This document shows, one piece after another, positions 32,740 to 44,119 of a stretch of DNA of 64,000 bases; the stretch's first letter is position 1; each line of letters starts with the position of its first letter. The notes below the pieces were generated by a model. It was not told the DNA's origin. It was given only the letters and a program-made list of their open reading frames with translations, and searched no databases. Origin of the DNA: a virus (Duplodnaviria; Heunggongvirae; Uroviricota; Caudoviricetes; Crassvirales); IMG/VR virus record IMGVR_UViG_3300029521_000003; one strand, written 5' to 3'. The translations under genes were made by a program, and so were the position numbers.

Positions 32740-35700
32740 ATGAGTAAAAGATGTATCACAACTAATTCTACTATTGAAGAATTGGCTGCTAAATTACAGG
32801 GTGAAACTATAGAATCAGTCAAGGGGCTTGTTGAGCTATGGCAAGACAAGAATAATAAGGACTGGGACACTTATCCTACTGCTTCTGAATTAAATAACTT
32901 TAGAGCAGAACTGAGAAAAGGTAAGGATGAAATGGTAGAAGCCTTAGATAAGGCACTCTCACCTTCATTTGAAGCACCAAGGATTTCAAGTGTAGAAGAA
33001 CAAGCTAAAGTAGATTTGGACTTTGACCCAAGAACAAGAAGAGACAGGGTTAGTCTGATTGCAAGATTCTTTAGCAATGAAATAGATACAGCACTGCAAG
33101 AACACAATGATACTCTTAATAAGAGAATTGCTGATGCTGAGAAAGAAGGTGATGTACTTGCTGTCAATGAACTGAAAGAAGAGCTTAACTCTCTTGATAG
33201 GTTCAAGATAATCAAGTTATATACACCTGCTGGCTTATTTAGTAGAGTAAGGGATTACTTCAATAACTATATACTTGACTCTGAGGAGAATAGGATACAA
33301 TCAGAACTTAATACAATCAATGGTATGAAGGGTTCTGAGAGATATAGTGACGAACAGAAGTATGAAGCTGCAAAGAAGAAAGCATTATACAAAACCAATG
33401 CCTATCAGAAGGTAGTAGATAACTTCAAACCCTTGGCTGAGGAAGCAAGTACTATACTAATAGCCACTGAGGGGATTAGGATTGACCCTAATTATATTGC
33501 CCCTAAAGATGCCAACCTTAACAATGATACTCCAGAGGGAGAAAGTGCAGTAGATGAACAGGCTGATGATTTTGTGAAGGATGAGGCTTTCAAGGATGGA
33601 TGGATGACTAATTATAGAGAAGTAAGCTCTCATGAGTCTCTAAGTCAAGAAGTTAGAAAGGTAATCAGAGAGATACCCCAACTTGACTACAGAGGTAAGT
33701 ATGATAAGGATGATTTAGGAAATCTGAGATTTCTTGATGCAGACTATGTTCATGCTACCCTGATAGATAAACTCAGAGATATGATTACATCCGATGATAT
33801 GTTACCACTTCTGGAGACTCTGGGTAATACCAAGCCTTGGACTAAGCAAATAGTTAAGAAACTACAGGCTGAGCCTAAACTATTCAGTCAGTTCTATCAG
33901 GATTTCAGAAAAGACTTCATGCCTTACTGGATTCAGAAGAAGAAACTACAAGCTGATGGTACTTTCAAGATGGAAACTATTGCCATTAATAAGCCTGAGG
34001 GTGTCTATTATCTGCTTGATGAATGGAGAGATAACTATGAAAATGGTAATCTGCTTGATGATGATAGTATCTATGATAAGAATGGAGACTTGAATCTTGA
34101 GAATGCAGAGAATGGTCTTAAATGGACTGAGGCTCTAAATAACAGATTTACCAATCTTAGTACAGAACAGAGGTTGGAACTTCTACAAGATGAAAAGGTA
34201 TGGAAGACATTGAATAAGCTCCTTAATATGATTGGTATCAATCCTAATCAAGGGGTATTATTAGATGCTCTTACTAACATAAAGCAATATGAAGGTGGTA
34301 CTGCAACAGACCCAATTATGTTGCTTCTTCCTCAATTAAACATTATATTCAGTGGTGTAAAGAAAGGTGAGGTTAAGTCTGAGACTCTTGAAGATGGAAC
34401 TGAAAAGAGAGGGGATTTGATTAATACCTTTGGTTCTGCTTACAACAGTATAGCTATGATGCTTGCAGAAGTAACAGAGGATGCTATTGAAAGTAGTGTG
34501 AGGGAAAATGATAAGTCATACTATAGCCATGTTACTCCTAACTATCTTGGCAAGTTGATTAAACAGCTTAAGAATGTTATGGGTAATGAAGCAAGGTTCA
34601 AAGAGTTTATTGAAAATGAATTTGGACAATATGAATGGTTCTATAAGGATGGCAGATGGAGAAATGATTGGATTGAGCAACTGGTGAATAACCCTGAAAT
34701 GAGAAGAGGATTGAGCCATAAGGTTCTTCTTAACTCAGATAAGGTTGCATATCAGAACTGGGATGATTTGGATTACACCTTAGTATTACTGACAGAATAC
34801 TTTGGAGACCCTGACAACAGTAAATCTGATATTCAGTGGGCTAATTATCATGTGCCCATTCTCTCAGATAGTCCTTCTGCTGAGTTCATTAGATTCAGAA
34901 AGTATGACAATCATAGCATCATTGGAGAAGATGGTGAGTATATGAAGTATGATGATATTATCCTTGATAGATTTGTTGATTTGATTAATCAAGAGGTAGA
35001 TAGAATAGCTCTTGTAAATCAAAGGGATGAAGAATATCAGAAGGGTAATCCCAACATTGCTCCTATTGCAAACTATGATATAGTAAGGGATAAAGAAGGC
35101 AATATCAAGAGTATTGGTGGTGCTGAATTTAAGTTCCTTACAGCTCTGAATGATGTAAGATATGACAATGGTGAGACTTTCCTTGACAGGTTCCAGAGAA
35201 TTCAAATTGAAGGAACTGGTGCTGAATTAAGAGAGTTCATCAGAGAGTCAGTAAGAGAGGCTCTTGACAATGAATTTGAAGAGACTTATAGAGAATGGGC
35301 TAAGGCTGGATTACTTGAAGAACTTCCCAATGGTAAGTACAAATATCTTGGAGTAATTGGTGTAAATACTGGTCAAAGTTCCTACAATAGGAATACAGCA
35401 ACTTCTTTGAACAATGCTAAGAAGGCTCTTGAAGGAATGTGGACTACAGAAATGGATATTCTTTTAAGGGATTACAACAATAATAATCCAGTAGATGATA
35501 GAAGAGCAACTACTCTCTTTGAAAGTATTAAGGACTTGTTGAGGGAAAAGATGGTGAGAGGTGAAATTACTGCTAAGGAAATGGATAGTATCAACAGAAA
35601 CTTGGTTATTAGAAATAATGCCAAAGCTAAGTTGAGAGAGTATTTCTGGAATAGTAAATTTGCTACATCACAAATCATTGAACTTACTACAACTGACCTT

Positions 35701-38700
35701 GCTTTCTATAAGAACATAGAGGACTTTCAGAAGAGATATAAGGAAGTTCATGCTCCTGCTCTCAGACTTAATACCAACTCTAAGTATGGTAGAAAGGAAG
35801 AGAGAACTATTTACTTGAAGGATGATGAGATTGTATCTGCTGCTCTTGAAGATATTAAAACTGTACTTGATGAAAGAGTCAAGAAAGGTGAAATGTTAAA
35901 GAGAGATAGAGACTTGATTGTCAATAAGTTCAAAGAAGTAAATGTAGCAGATGCTCAGGCATATAGGTCATTAAGTTCTTACAGAGCTGTTCTTGATATG
36001 TCTGGTCAGTGGACAGATGATATGCAGAGAGCCTTTGATAACTTCCAAAATGGCAAGTGGGATATGGCTGATTTCAATATTATCTGGCAGACTAAGAAAC
36101 CTTATGTGTACACTCAGGTGAATAATATGAGTGGAATACAAGGTCATACAGGCATTAAGACACCAGTTCAGCATAAGAACTCTGAGTTCCTTCTTATGGC
36201 TATGCACCATTTAGTTGCAGGTCCACTTGGTAAATCAGGTAAACTTGTAGCTATCAATGAGTTCATGGAAGAGAATGGTATTGATGTAGTTCAATTTGAA
36301 TCAACTACTAAGGTTGGAAAACAAGGTGTGATTAATTTGAATAATGTCAATACTAAGGAAGATGTCAAAGCTGTTCTTAAGAATGCCACTACTCAGGATG
36401 GAGTTGAGAACCCTAATGTGGTTCACAAAGTAAGTTATGAAGACTATGGTATTCAGACTGCAACTCCAGAACATGCTATTGATGCAATTCAATTAGTTGG
36501 TACTCAGATTAGAAAGTTGATTACAGCAGATATTAGTCCAGATACTATAATTGATGTGGATGGTGTGAAAATGACTAAACAGGAATGGTTAGACTTATAT
36601 AATGCCATTAACACTGAGAATATTATTCAGGCTTTTGCTGATGTAAATGAAATCTTCAAGGATGCCAAACAGGTTGAGAAGATTCTTCTTGAAGAATTGA
36701 GAGGTAATCAAAGATATGGAATTGATATGATTAGAGCTTGTACCCTTAATGAAAAGGGACAATTCAACATTCCATTATTTGACCCTGTTCAATCTCAAAG
36801 AGTCCAGACTTTACTCAATAGTATTATCAAGAGTAGGATTACAAAGCAGAAGATTAGAGGAGGAGCACTTATTCAAGTCTCTGACTATGGTCTTACTGAT
36901 GAATTAAAGATTGTTTTTGAAGGTGAAGGAGAAAACAAGAGAATTAAATATCTCGAGGTTTATATGCCAGCTTATAGTAGGAAGTTCTATGAACCTCTTA
37001 TGAAGGCAGGTACTCATGAACTGGATGTAAATAAGTTGCCAGACAGCTTGAGAAAGTTGATTGGTTATAGAGTTCCAACTGAGGACAAATACTCAATGGC
37101 TCCTCTTTATATTAAAGGCTTCTTGCCTCAACAAAATGGTTCTGCAATCATGTTACCAGCAGAAATCACTACTCTTAGTGGTTCTGACTTTGATGTGGAT
37201 AAATTGTATATCATGTTGCCTGAGTTCAAGATAACTCCTAAATATAACAGAAGACAGTTTGTCGATGATTTGGTTGCTCAATTGACACAAGGAAAAGCTG
37301 TATCTCCAGAGGTGTTGAAAGAATATAGGCAGAGTGTAAACAGGGCTATAGATGAAGGTAGGAAAGCTCCTAAGGACAGTCAGGAATACAATCTCTGGAA
37401 GACATATAAAGCTAACAGAGAGAAGTATAGAGTAGCTCAGGAAGATAAGATTGAGAAGATTGAATATGATTTCAGCAAGTCTCCACAAGAGAATAGTCTT
37501 GAAGCCAGAAACAATCTATTGATTGATATGATGTGGGGTGTTCTCACTAATGCTGATACTGCTTCAAAGATACTTAACCCAGGTGGTTTTGATTATCAGA
37601 AGAAGTCTGCAAGAATGATTAATATCCTTCAATCAAGTAGAGAATCTGAACTGAGAAAGGAACTGAATATCCCTGAGAATCAAAGTACTCTTAGCAAGTT
37701 AAGTAGTATGGATTTGGAAGAACTTGATAAGTTGGCAAAGAAGTTCAAGAAGAAACTTGACCCTCTTAACCCAAGAACTCAGGTTCAACTTCATCAGCAG
37801 AATATGACTGGTGCAGCATTGATTGGTATTTATGCCAACCATAATGCAAACCATGCTTTGATGCAACATACTGAATTAGGTCTTGATACTGAGAATGGTT
37901 CTTTCTTACTTAATGGTAAGAGACTTACTTCTCTTCATGGTCTGATGAATGACAATAAGGAGTATATCTCAAGGAATAATGCAGGTTTCCTTGCTGCATC
38001 TGTGGATAATGTGAAAGACCCTGTGCTTGCTTCATTGAATCAGAATACCTTTACTGCTGATGCCTCAATGCTTTTAAGTAGACTTGGTTATAATCCTATT
38101 GAGATTGGTTTGATTATGTCACAACCAATTGTAATAGATATTACCAATACCTATTTCAGAGAAAGTAGAGAGGGTAAAGGAAAGGACACAATCATTGATG
38201 AAGTTATTGAAAACTACAAGAAGAGGGCTGCAATGATGGAAGAAGTCACTTATGATAACTACAAGTCCAATAAATTCATGGCAGATGATTTGGCTGATGC
38301 CATTATTCTCCAGAAGGAAGTAGAAGAATTAAGTGACAGAAATCAGACTGCTGACTACAGAAAGGTTGAGTTCTATAAGAAGCAAGTGGCTGCTGGATTC
38401 TTATTTAAGAGAATAATGAACACAGCAGATGCCTTAGGACAGTTGGTTCAAGCTACAAGAGCAGATACTCAAGGTGGTGCAGCAGGTCCTACTATTGCAG
38501 ATACACAGATTAAGATACAGAAGGTTGATGACTTCCTGACTAATGTAGTGTTAAATGAAAATTCTCCTTTAACTGGTGCAGATGTTATCATGCCATTTAG
38601 TTTGGATGGTATGTCTATTGACCAGATAAGGGAGAGACTACTTGAGTCTCCACTTCCTTATTTACAGGCATTCTTTAGTCTTGGTATTAACCAGACACAG

Positions 38701-39981
38701 GAAATGTTCAGTAGATACTTCCCTCAATTCACTGACTCCTTTAAGGAAGTAATTGATGGTAGAGAGGGATTGAGAGGCTTAAGACAGTACACTAAGACAG
38801 GTAAGTTAAATGCAAAGACACTCAATAATATCTACAATGATTTGTTAGCTTATATTATGTCAAAGACATCATTCTTTGGGCAAGAAGCTAACCTCAGAGC
38901 AGATGATAAGGTTACAACCTCTGCTGATAAGAGAAGGGATTTTATTAATAACTTCCCTGATTATTTCAACAGAACATTGAGTGAGAATCCTGAAATAGCT
39001 GAACTTGAATTTGTTAAGAGACTAAGAGTAATAAGGGCTAACCAAAACAATCCTGTAGATACAGTAGTATTTAAGAATGTTGGTCAGTTAAGTCCTACTC
39101 TTAGAGAAAGATATATGAGAGACTGGCAATCATTATTGTATATGGGTCCAGAAGCTCAGGCTTTAGCTCTTAATTTATTCAGATACAGTTACTACAGGAA
39201 TGGGTTTGCATTTGGACCTTCTACTTTCATTCATTTGGCACCAACTGCTATCAGACAATCTATTCCAGAGTATATTGATACACTGAGAGGATTGTTGGAA
39301 AGTGAAGATGATTACAGTCAATTCATTGACCAGTATATCTACAATCACTTGGATAACAGACAGTTGGTTCCTGAGGTTCCTACAGAGGCTTCCACTTCTT
39401 TCACTAATGAAGAAGGTGATGCTTTACCAATGGTTAAAATAACTATTGATACTGAATCAAACAGTGGTGATAAGAAGATAATAAGGAAGAGAGAGGGAAT
39501 AGGAGAGGAAACAACCTATGAATTCTTTGATTACATAGCAAGAAGATACAAGGGAGGTACAATATATTACAGGCTTACACAGGCTGATAATGTACAACCT
39601 AATGTAGCTGTGTATGAAAGAATAGACCCACTTGGATTCAAGAACAGTTTCATTGAGTATGAATATGGTAAAGATGTTACTGAAATGAAGTCAGTAATTG
39701 ATAAGAATGATAGAGACTATACTCCTTATTCAAGGGAGGATATTACAGCCTTTAATGAAGATTCTAATATTGATTATGACAACATGCCAGAATATCTTGA
39801 CTATGATTTCTCAAGTCTGACTCAGGATATTGCAAGTGAGGCTTTCAGTCAGGTGTATGGTGCTCCACTTGAAGTGAATGAAGGTAAAGCAGATGATATT
39901 AATTCTATCAGTCCTAATACTGAGTATGAGGATGCAAACAATGATAAAATCTGTGGTGCAAATACATTATATGAATTATAG
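32740..39981 (+). CDS. virion-packaged RNA polymerase (crAss-like gp66-type giant RNAP)
   Basis: 2413 aa. Metal-binding aspartate triad motif TLSGSDFDVDKLY (DxDxD) at nt 37186-37200, in the middle of the protein. Size and position match crAss-like virion RNAPs. Confidence 0.65.
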   Translation: MSKRCITTNSTIEELAAKLQGETIESVKGLVELWQDKNNKDWDTYPTASELNNFRAELRKGKDEMVEALDKALSPSFEAPRISSVEEQAKVDLDFDPRTRRDRVSLIARFFSNEIDTALQEHNDTLNKRIADAEKEGDVLAVNELKEELNSLDRFKIIKLYTPAGLFSRVRDYFNNYILDSEENRIQSELNTINGMKGSERYSDEQKYEAAKKKALYKTNAYQKVVDNFKPLAEEASTILIATEGIRIDPNYIAPKDANLNNDTPEGESAVDEQADDFVKDEAFKDGWMTNYREVSSHESLSQEVRKVIREIPQLDYRGKYDKDDLGNLRFLDADYVHATLIDKLRDMITSDDMLPLLETLGNTKPWTKQIVKKLQAEPKLFSQFYQDFRKDFMPYWIQKKKLQADGTFKMETIAINKPEGVYYLLDEWRDNYENGNLLDDDSIYDKNGDLNLENAENGLKWTEALNNRFTNLSTEQRLELLQDEKVWKTLNKLLNMIGINPNQGVLLDALTNIKQYEGGTATDPIMLLLPQLNIIFSGVKKGEVKSETLEDGTEKRGDLINTFGSAYNSIAMMLAEVTEDAIESSVRENDKSYYSHVTPNYLGKLIKQLKNVMGNEARFKEFIENEFGQYEWFYKDGRWRNDWIEQLVNNPEMRRGLSHKVLLNSDKVAYQNWDDLDYTLVLLTEYFGDPDNSKSDIQWANYHVPILSDSPSAEFIRFRKYDNHSIIGEDGEYMKYDDIILDRFVDLINQEVDRIALVNQRDEEYQKGNPNIAPIANYDIVRDKEGNIKSIGGAEFKFLTALNDVRYDNGETFLDRFQRIQIEGTGAELREFIRESVREALDNEFEETYREWAKAGLLEELPNGKYKYLGVIGVNTGQSSYNRNTATSLNNAKKALEGMWTTEMDILLRDYNNNNPVDDRRATTLFESIKDLLREKMVRGEITAKEMDSINRNLVIRNNAKAKLREYFWNSKFATSQIIELTTTDLAFYKNIEDFQKRYKEVHAPALRLNTNSKYGRKEERTIYLKDDEIVSAALEDIKTVLDERVKKGEMLKRDRDLIVNKFKEVNVADAQAYRSLSSYRAVLDMSGQWTDDMQRAFDNFQNGKWDMADFNIIWQTKKPYVYTQVNNMSGIQGHTGIKTPVQHKNSEFLLMAMHHLVAGPLGKSGKLVAINEFMEENGIDVVQFESTTKVGKQGVINLNNVNTKEDVKAVLKNATTQDGVENPNVVHKVSYEDYGIQTATPEHAIDAIQLVGTQIRKLITADISPDTIIDVDGVKMTKQEWLDLYNAINTENIIQAFADVNEIFKDAKQVEKILLEELRGNQRYGIDMIRACTLNEKGQFNIPLFDPVQSQRVQTLLNSIIKSRITKQKIRGGALIQVSDYGLTDELKIVFEGEGENKRIKYLEVYMPAYSRKFYEPLMKAGTHELDVNKLPDSLRKLIGYRVPTEDKYSMAPLYIKGFLPQQNGSAIMLPAEITTLSGSDFDVDKLYIMLPEFKITPKYNRRQFVDDLVAQLTQGKAVSPEVLKEYRQSVNRAIDEGRKAPKDSQEYNLWKTYKANREKYRVAQEDKIEKIEYDFSKSPQENSLEARNNLLIDMMWGVLTNADTASKILNPGGFDYQKKSARMINILQSSRESELRKELNIPENQSTLSKLSSMDLEELDKLAKKFKKKLDPLNPRTQVQLHQQNMTGAALIGIYANHNANHALMQHTELGLDTENGSFLLNGKRLTSLHGLMNDNKEYISRNNAGFLAASVDNVKDPVLASLNQNTFTADASMLLSRLGYNPIEIGLIMSQPIVIDITNTYFRESREGKGKDTIIDEVIENYKKRAAMMEEVTYDNYKSNKFMADDLADAIILQKEVEELSDRNQTADYRKVEFYKKQVAAGFLFKRIMNTADALGQLVQATRADTQGGAAGPTIADTQIKIQKVDDFLTNVVLNENSPLTGADVIMPFSLDGMSIDQIRERLLESPLPYLQAFFSLGINQTQEMFSRYFPQFTDSFKEVIDGREGLRGLRQYTKTGKLNAKTLNNIYNDLLAYIMSKTSFFGQEANLRADDKVTTSADKRRDFINNFPDYFNRTLSENPEIAELEFVKRLRVIRANQNNPVDTVVFKNVGQLSPTLRERYMRDWQSLLYMGPEAQALALNLFRYSYYRNGFAFGPSTFIHLAPTAIRQSIPEYIDTLRGLLESEDDYSQFIDQYIYNHLDNRQLVPEVPTEASTSFTNEEGDALPMVKITIDTESNSGDKKIIRKREGIGEETTYEFFDYIARRYKGGTIYYRLTQADNVQPNVAVYERIDPLGFKNSFIEYEYGKDVTEMKSVIDKNDRDYTPYSREDITAFNEDSNIDYDNMPEYLDYDFSSLTQDIASEAFSQVYGAPLEVNEGKADDINSISPNTEYEDANNDKICGANTLYEL

Positions 39982-39983
39982 AT

Positions 39984-42900
39984 ATGGCTAAGAAATGTGC
40001 AATAATTCCTCAAGTGAGGAACAGTAAAAATGAGGTAGTAAGCAGCAGGTTATTTAAAGACCTGCTGGCTTATGCCCCTAATAGACAGGAGGCAACAAGA
40101 ATATACCTCATTACAAAAAGTAGTGACTTTATTACTAATTGGAATCCAAAACTACAAATGGATGAAAATGGTGAACCTACTCTTAGTAGTCTCTTGAAGA
40201 AAACTAATCTAAAGAATGTTATTGGTGAACAGAAGATTCTAAGAAATCTTAATGAAGAGATTGGTCATTATCATAAGACAGGCAGAACTAAACTTTATCT
40301 GAACAATGATGTGAACTATAGAATGTTAGTCCAAAAGGCTATTCAATTCAATACTCAATCAGAGTTTAGAGAAGACTATGTAGCCAGTGTTGAGAAGGTA
40401 TGGGATAATGAAAGTAATAGGGTTTACATCAGTCCTTTTGTCAGAGTAAGAAACAAGATGAATAGCATCGAAGCTAATAATATGCAGTATAATGAAAACT
40501 TAAACAATAGATTAAGGGAGATATTAGCTGCCAATGGTATTGGAATAGGTGCTCTTACAGACTTGGAACAGAGAAGAGGAGTAGCTGGTGTAACTGACTT
40601 TAGTCAAGCCAAAGATGCTGCAACAGGTATAATTGAATTAATTAGACTTGCTGATGGTATTAAAGGTGAAAGAGCATTACCTGAGGAATTTGCTCACTTT
40701 GCTATTGAGGCAATGGGTGATAATCCTCTTATTAATAGATTGGTTAATCACTTGGCTAATAATAGCTTGGTAGGTGAAATATTGGGTGATGATTATGCTA
40801 CTTATGATACCTTATATAAGGGTGATGAATCAAAGTTAGCCAGAGAAGCTGCTGGTAAGTTACTTGCCAAGCACTTATTACAGTCTGAACCTGTTCCTTC
40901 TTCATCTTATAAATCCCTTCTGGAGAGGTTTATCAATGCTGTAAAAAATTTCTTTAGAGGATTAGGGGCTTCACAGTTACAAAAAGCAATACTTGAAGCA
41001 GAAAGCAGCTTTAGTAAGCTGGCTGGTGATATTCTCACTGGACAGATGGATGAAGCTATCAATGTTGAGAATATAGCCACTTCTGAGGCTTTCTATTCTA
41101 CTGCTGAGAGAGTAGATAGAGATAAGGTTCTGTTACAGAAGATTATAGACAATGAGTTAAAGAGACTTAAGATTTATGAAAAGAGAAATCCTAACAGTCA
41201 ATTTAGTGCCAATCAAAGGCTGTTAATAGACAGGTTAGAGCTTGAATTAGCTGATAATAGTGAGATTGAAGGTATCTATATGTTCCTTGATAATGCCCTT
41301 GAAGAACTAAGGAAAGTAAGTAGTAGGCTTGAGGTATTAAGAAATACTCCTGCAACCAATCTTAATGAAAGGGCTGGAGTACTCAGAGACATCAGAAACT
41401 ATATGTATAGCTATAAAAGGATAGCTGATTCTGTAAGAGAGGCTCTCAGAGAGGAAGAGAAATCTACAGACAATAGATATGGTCAAAGGGTAAGAGTTGC
41501 ATTGGATAATGTTACTACAATGCTTAATGACCTTGCAGTGGACTATAATACAATCTCTATGCCTTTGTTTGTTGATTTTATCAAGCCCTTTGTAGGAGGC
41601 AATCTTGTGGTTCCTTTTGGAAAGTATAAGGGAAAGACTCTTAATGCTGAGGAGTTGATTAAAGTAGCTGATGAAGATATATCATTCTTTGACAGATGGC
41701 TGGATAGTATGGCTGATTCTTCTGATTATATGTTGAAAATTATGGACCAAGCTGTTAAAAAGAGCAAGGAACAAGCCAGATTGAAAACTATTGATATTCA
41801 GAAAGAACTACAAGCTGCCACTATTAAACTTGAACAGGCTGGTGTGAAAGACACTGAATGGATGTTTGAGAGAGATAGTAAAGGTAATCTGAGTGGTAAC
41901 TACATAAGTGAGATTAATCATGCTCTATTCAAAGAAAGAATGAGGACTATGTTCCAAAGTCTCAATGAAAAGTATGGCAGAAATCCTGTGGGAGAAAATG
42001 CTGATAAGTACAATGAAGAGAGACAGAACTGGTTTAATGCCAATATGGAGACTGTAGATGGTGTCAGACAACCTAAGAAATCCATTTATGAAAGTATGGA
42101 GTTCAGAAGGCTTAATAAAGCCCAGAGAGAATATTATACTACTGTAATGGATATTAAGGCTAAACTTGATGCTCTACTTCCTGATAAGTATACAAAGCTG
42201 AATAGTGCTGTAAAGATTAGGAAAGATTTGGTTGAGAGGGTTAAAAGCTCTGAGAGTGTAAAATCAGGTGCTCAACAAGTTTGGGAAAGTATCAAAGATA
42301 ATTTCATTAGGAGAACTGATGATACAGACTTTGGAGACAAGGCAACTGTAAAAGACTTTGAAGATAGAGAGGTACAAATGTTACCTATCTACTTTACTAA
42401 GCTCAAGAAGGGAGAAAGTGCTAATGACTTATCTACTGATATAGTAGGTACTCTTACAGCTTATGCAGCTATGGCAAATGACTTTGATGAAATGAATAAA
42501 GTCATTGATGTTCTTGAGGTAGGTAGAGATATGTTGAGAGAAAGACAGGTTACTCAAACTTCTGGTGGTAAACCAATGGTTGAGAAATTTAAGGCAGTAG
42601 GTAGAAAGGTTGAGAGTAAATTAACCAAGACAGGAGATAAGTCAAGGTTTATGGAAAGACTAAATGACTTCTTTGAAATGCAGGTATATGGTAGATATAT
42701 GGCAGATGAAGGTACATTTGGTAAGACTAATATTGATAAGGGTAAGGTTGCTAACTTTATTAATAGAATGACCTCAATGAATAATCTTGCTTTAAATGTG
42801 TTATCTGGTGTTTCCAATGTGGCTACTGGTAAGGTGATGATGAGAATTGAATCTATGTCTGGAGAGTTCTTCAATGAAAAGAATGCACTAAAGGCTGATA

Positions 42901-44033
42901 GAAACTATGGCAAGGAACTTCCATCATTCTTAGCTCAGTTAGGTGATAGAGTAAAGACCAATAAGTTAGCTTTATGGGATGAACTATTCAATGTAATGCA
43001 GGAATATGAACAGGATACAAGAGAAGTCAACTTTGATAGGAAGACTTGGTTCAGTAGAATGTTTGGTACATCTGCCCTATTCTTCATGAATAATGCAGGT
43101 GAACACTGGATGCAGAATAGAACATCATTAGCTCTGGCTGATGCTTATAAAATGAAGGCTCCTAATGGTAAGTTAGTAAGTCTGTGGGATGCTTTTGAAG
43201 TTGTACCATTAGATAGTAGTAACAAGAAGTTAGGTGCTAAATTACAGTTAAAACAGGGTTATACTAAGGCTGATGGCTCAGCTTTTACTCAAGAAGATAT
43301 AATCAAGTTCAGTAGAAAGAGTGCAGCTATTAATCAAAGAATGCACGGTATTTATAATAAAGCTGATAGAAGTGCAGTACAAAGGTTGGCTATTGGTAGA
43401 TTGGGTATGATGTTCAGGAAATGGATAAAACCCTCTCTCAATAGGAGGTTTAAATCAGCTACATATAACTATGACCTTGAGGCATGGACAGAAGGTTATT
43501 ACCTTACTACTGGCAGGTTTATGAATGCCCTATTCCAAGACCTTAGGAAAGCTCAGTTTGATATTGCAAGTAAGTGGAATGAAATGACTCCCACAGAACA
43601 GGCAAATGTCAAGAGAGCATTAACTGAGGTAGCACACTTCCTTGCAGTAGCAGCAGCTATTGGATTGATAGAATGGAGTGATGATAAGGATAGACCTTGG
43701 TTAGTCAAGATGGTTGAGTATCAGTTGAGAAGGTTATACACTGAATTAGGTGCTCTCACTCCTACTCCAGAAATGGTTGGTGAAGGTTTGAGGATATTAA
43801 AGTCTCCTGCTGCTGGTGTAAATACAGTAGAAAAGACTCTTAATCTAATCAATCTGATGAATCCAATGAACTATGAAACATTCAATGGAGAAGATGCAAT
43901 ACTTAAGTCTGGACCTTATAAAGATAAGTCTAAAGCTCAACAGAGCTTACTTAAATCTCCTCTTGCTCCTATGTATAATACAGTTCTAAGAGGTATCTTT
44001 ATTGAAGACCAAATACCATTCTTTAAGCAATAG
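39984..44033 (+). CDS. large virion cargo/ejected protein (crAss-like RNAP-associated)
   Basis: 1349 aa, starts 3 nt after the RNAP stop, predicted helical. Position after the vRNAP gene. Confidence 0.5.
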   Translation: MAKKCAIIPQVRNSKNEVVSSRLFKDLLAYAPNRQEATRIYLITKSSDFITNWNPKLQMDENGEPTLSSLLKKTNLKNVIGEQKILRNLNEEIGHYHKTGRTKLYLNNDVNYRMLVQKAIQFNTQSEFREDYVASVEKVWDNESNRVYISPFVRVRNKMNSIEANNMQYNENLNNRLREILAANGIGIGALTDLEQRRGVAGVTDFSQAKDAATGIIELIRLADGIKGERALPEEFAHFAIEAMGDNPLINRLVNHLANNSLVGEILGDDYATYDTLYKGDESKLAREAAGKLLAKHLLQSEPVPSSSYKSLLERFINAVKNFFRGLGASQLQKAILEAESSFSKLAGDILTGQMDEAINVENIATSEAFYSTAERVDRDKVLLQKIIDNELKRLKIYEKRNPNSQFSANQRLLIDRLELELADNSEIEGIYMFLDNALEELRKVSSRLEVLRNTPATNLNERAGVLRDIRNYMYSYKRIADSVREALREEEKSTDNRYGQRVRVALDNVTTMLNDLAVDYNTISMPLFVDFIKPFVGGNLVVPFGKYKGKTLNAEELIKVADEDISFFDRWLDSMADSSDYMLKIMDQAVKKSKEQARLKTIDIQKELQAATIKLEQAGVKDTEWMFERDSKGNLSGNYISEINHALFKERMRTMFQSLNEKYGRNPVGENADKYNEERQNWFNANMETVDGVRQPKKSIYESMEFRRLNKAQREYYTTVMDIKAKLDALLPDKYTKLNSAVKIRKDLVERVKSSESVKSGAQQVWESIKDNFIRRTDDTDFGDKATVKDFEDREVQMLPIYFTKLKKGESANDLSTDIVGTLTAYAAMANDFDEMNKVIDVLEVGRDMLRERQVTQTSGGKPMVEKFKAVGRKVESKLTKTGDKSRFMERLNDFFEMQVYGRYMADEGTFGKTNIDKGKVANFINRMTSMNNLALNVLSGVSNVATGKVMMRIESMSGEFFNEKNALKADRNYGKELPSFLAQLGDRVKTNKLALWDELFNVMQEYEQDTREVNFDRKTWFSRMFGTSALFFMNNAGEHWMQNRTSLALADAYKMKAPNGKLVSLWDAFEVVPLDSSNKKLGAKLQLKQGYTKADGSAFTQEDIIKFSRKSAAINQRMHGIYNKADRSAVQRLAIGRLGMMFRKWIKPSLNRRFKSATYNYDLEAWTEGYYLTTGRFMNALFQDLRKAQFDIASKWNEMTPTEQANVKRALTEVAHFLAVAAAIGLIEWSDDKDRPWLVKMVEYQLRRLYTELGALTPTPEMVGEGLRILKSPAAGVNTVEKTLNLINLMNPMNYETFNGEDAILKSGPYKDKSKAQQSLLKSPLAPMYNTVLRGIFIEDQIPFFKQ

Positions 44034-44035
44034 GC

Positions 44036-44090
44036 TTAAAAGAAGAAAGGGGAGGTAGAATAATCTACTTCCCCTTTTTATTTACACCTT
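44036..44090. terminator. bidirectional intrinsic terminator at the convergent junction
   Basis: AAGGGGAGGTAG-aataat-CTACTTCCCCTT 12-bp stem (one mismatch), flanked by an A-run on the left and a T-run on the right. Lies between the end of the + strand block (44033) and the end of the - strand 2323-aa gene (44120). Confidence 0.6.
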
Positions 44091-44119
44091 AATAAAAAAT
44101 TTAAACCTCATGTTTGAAG

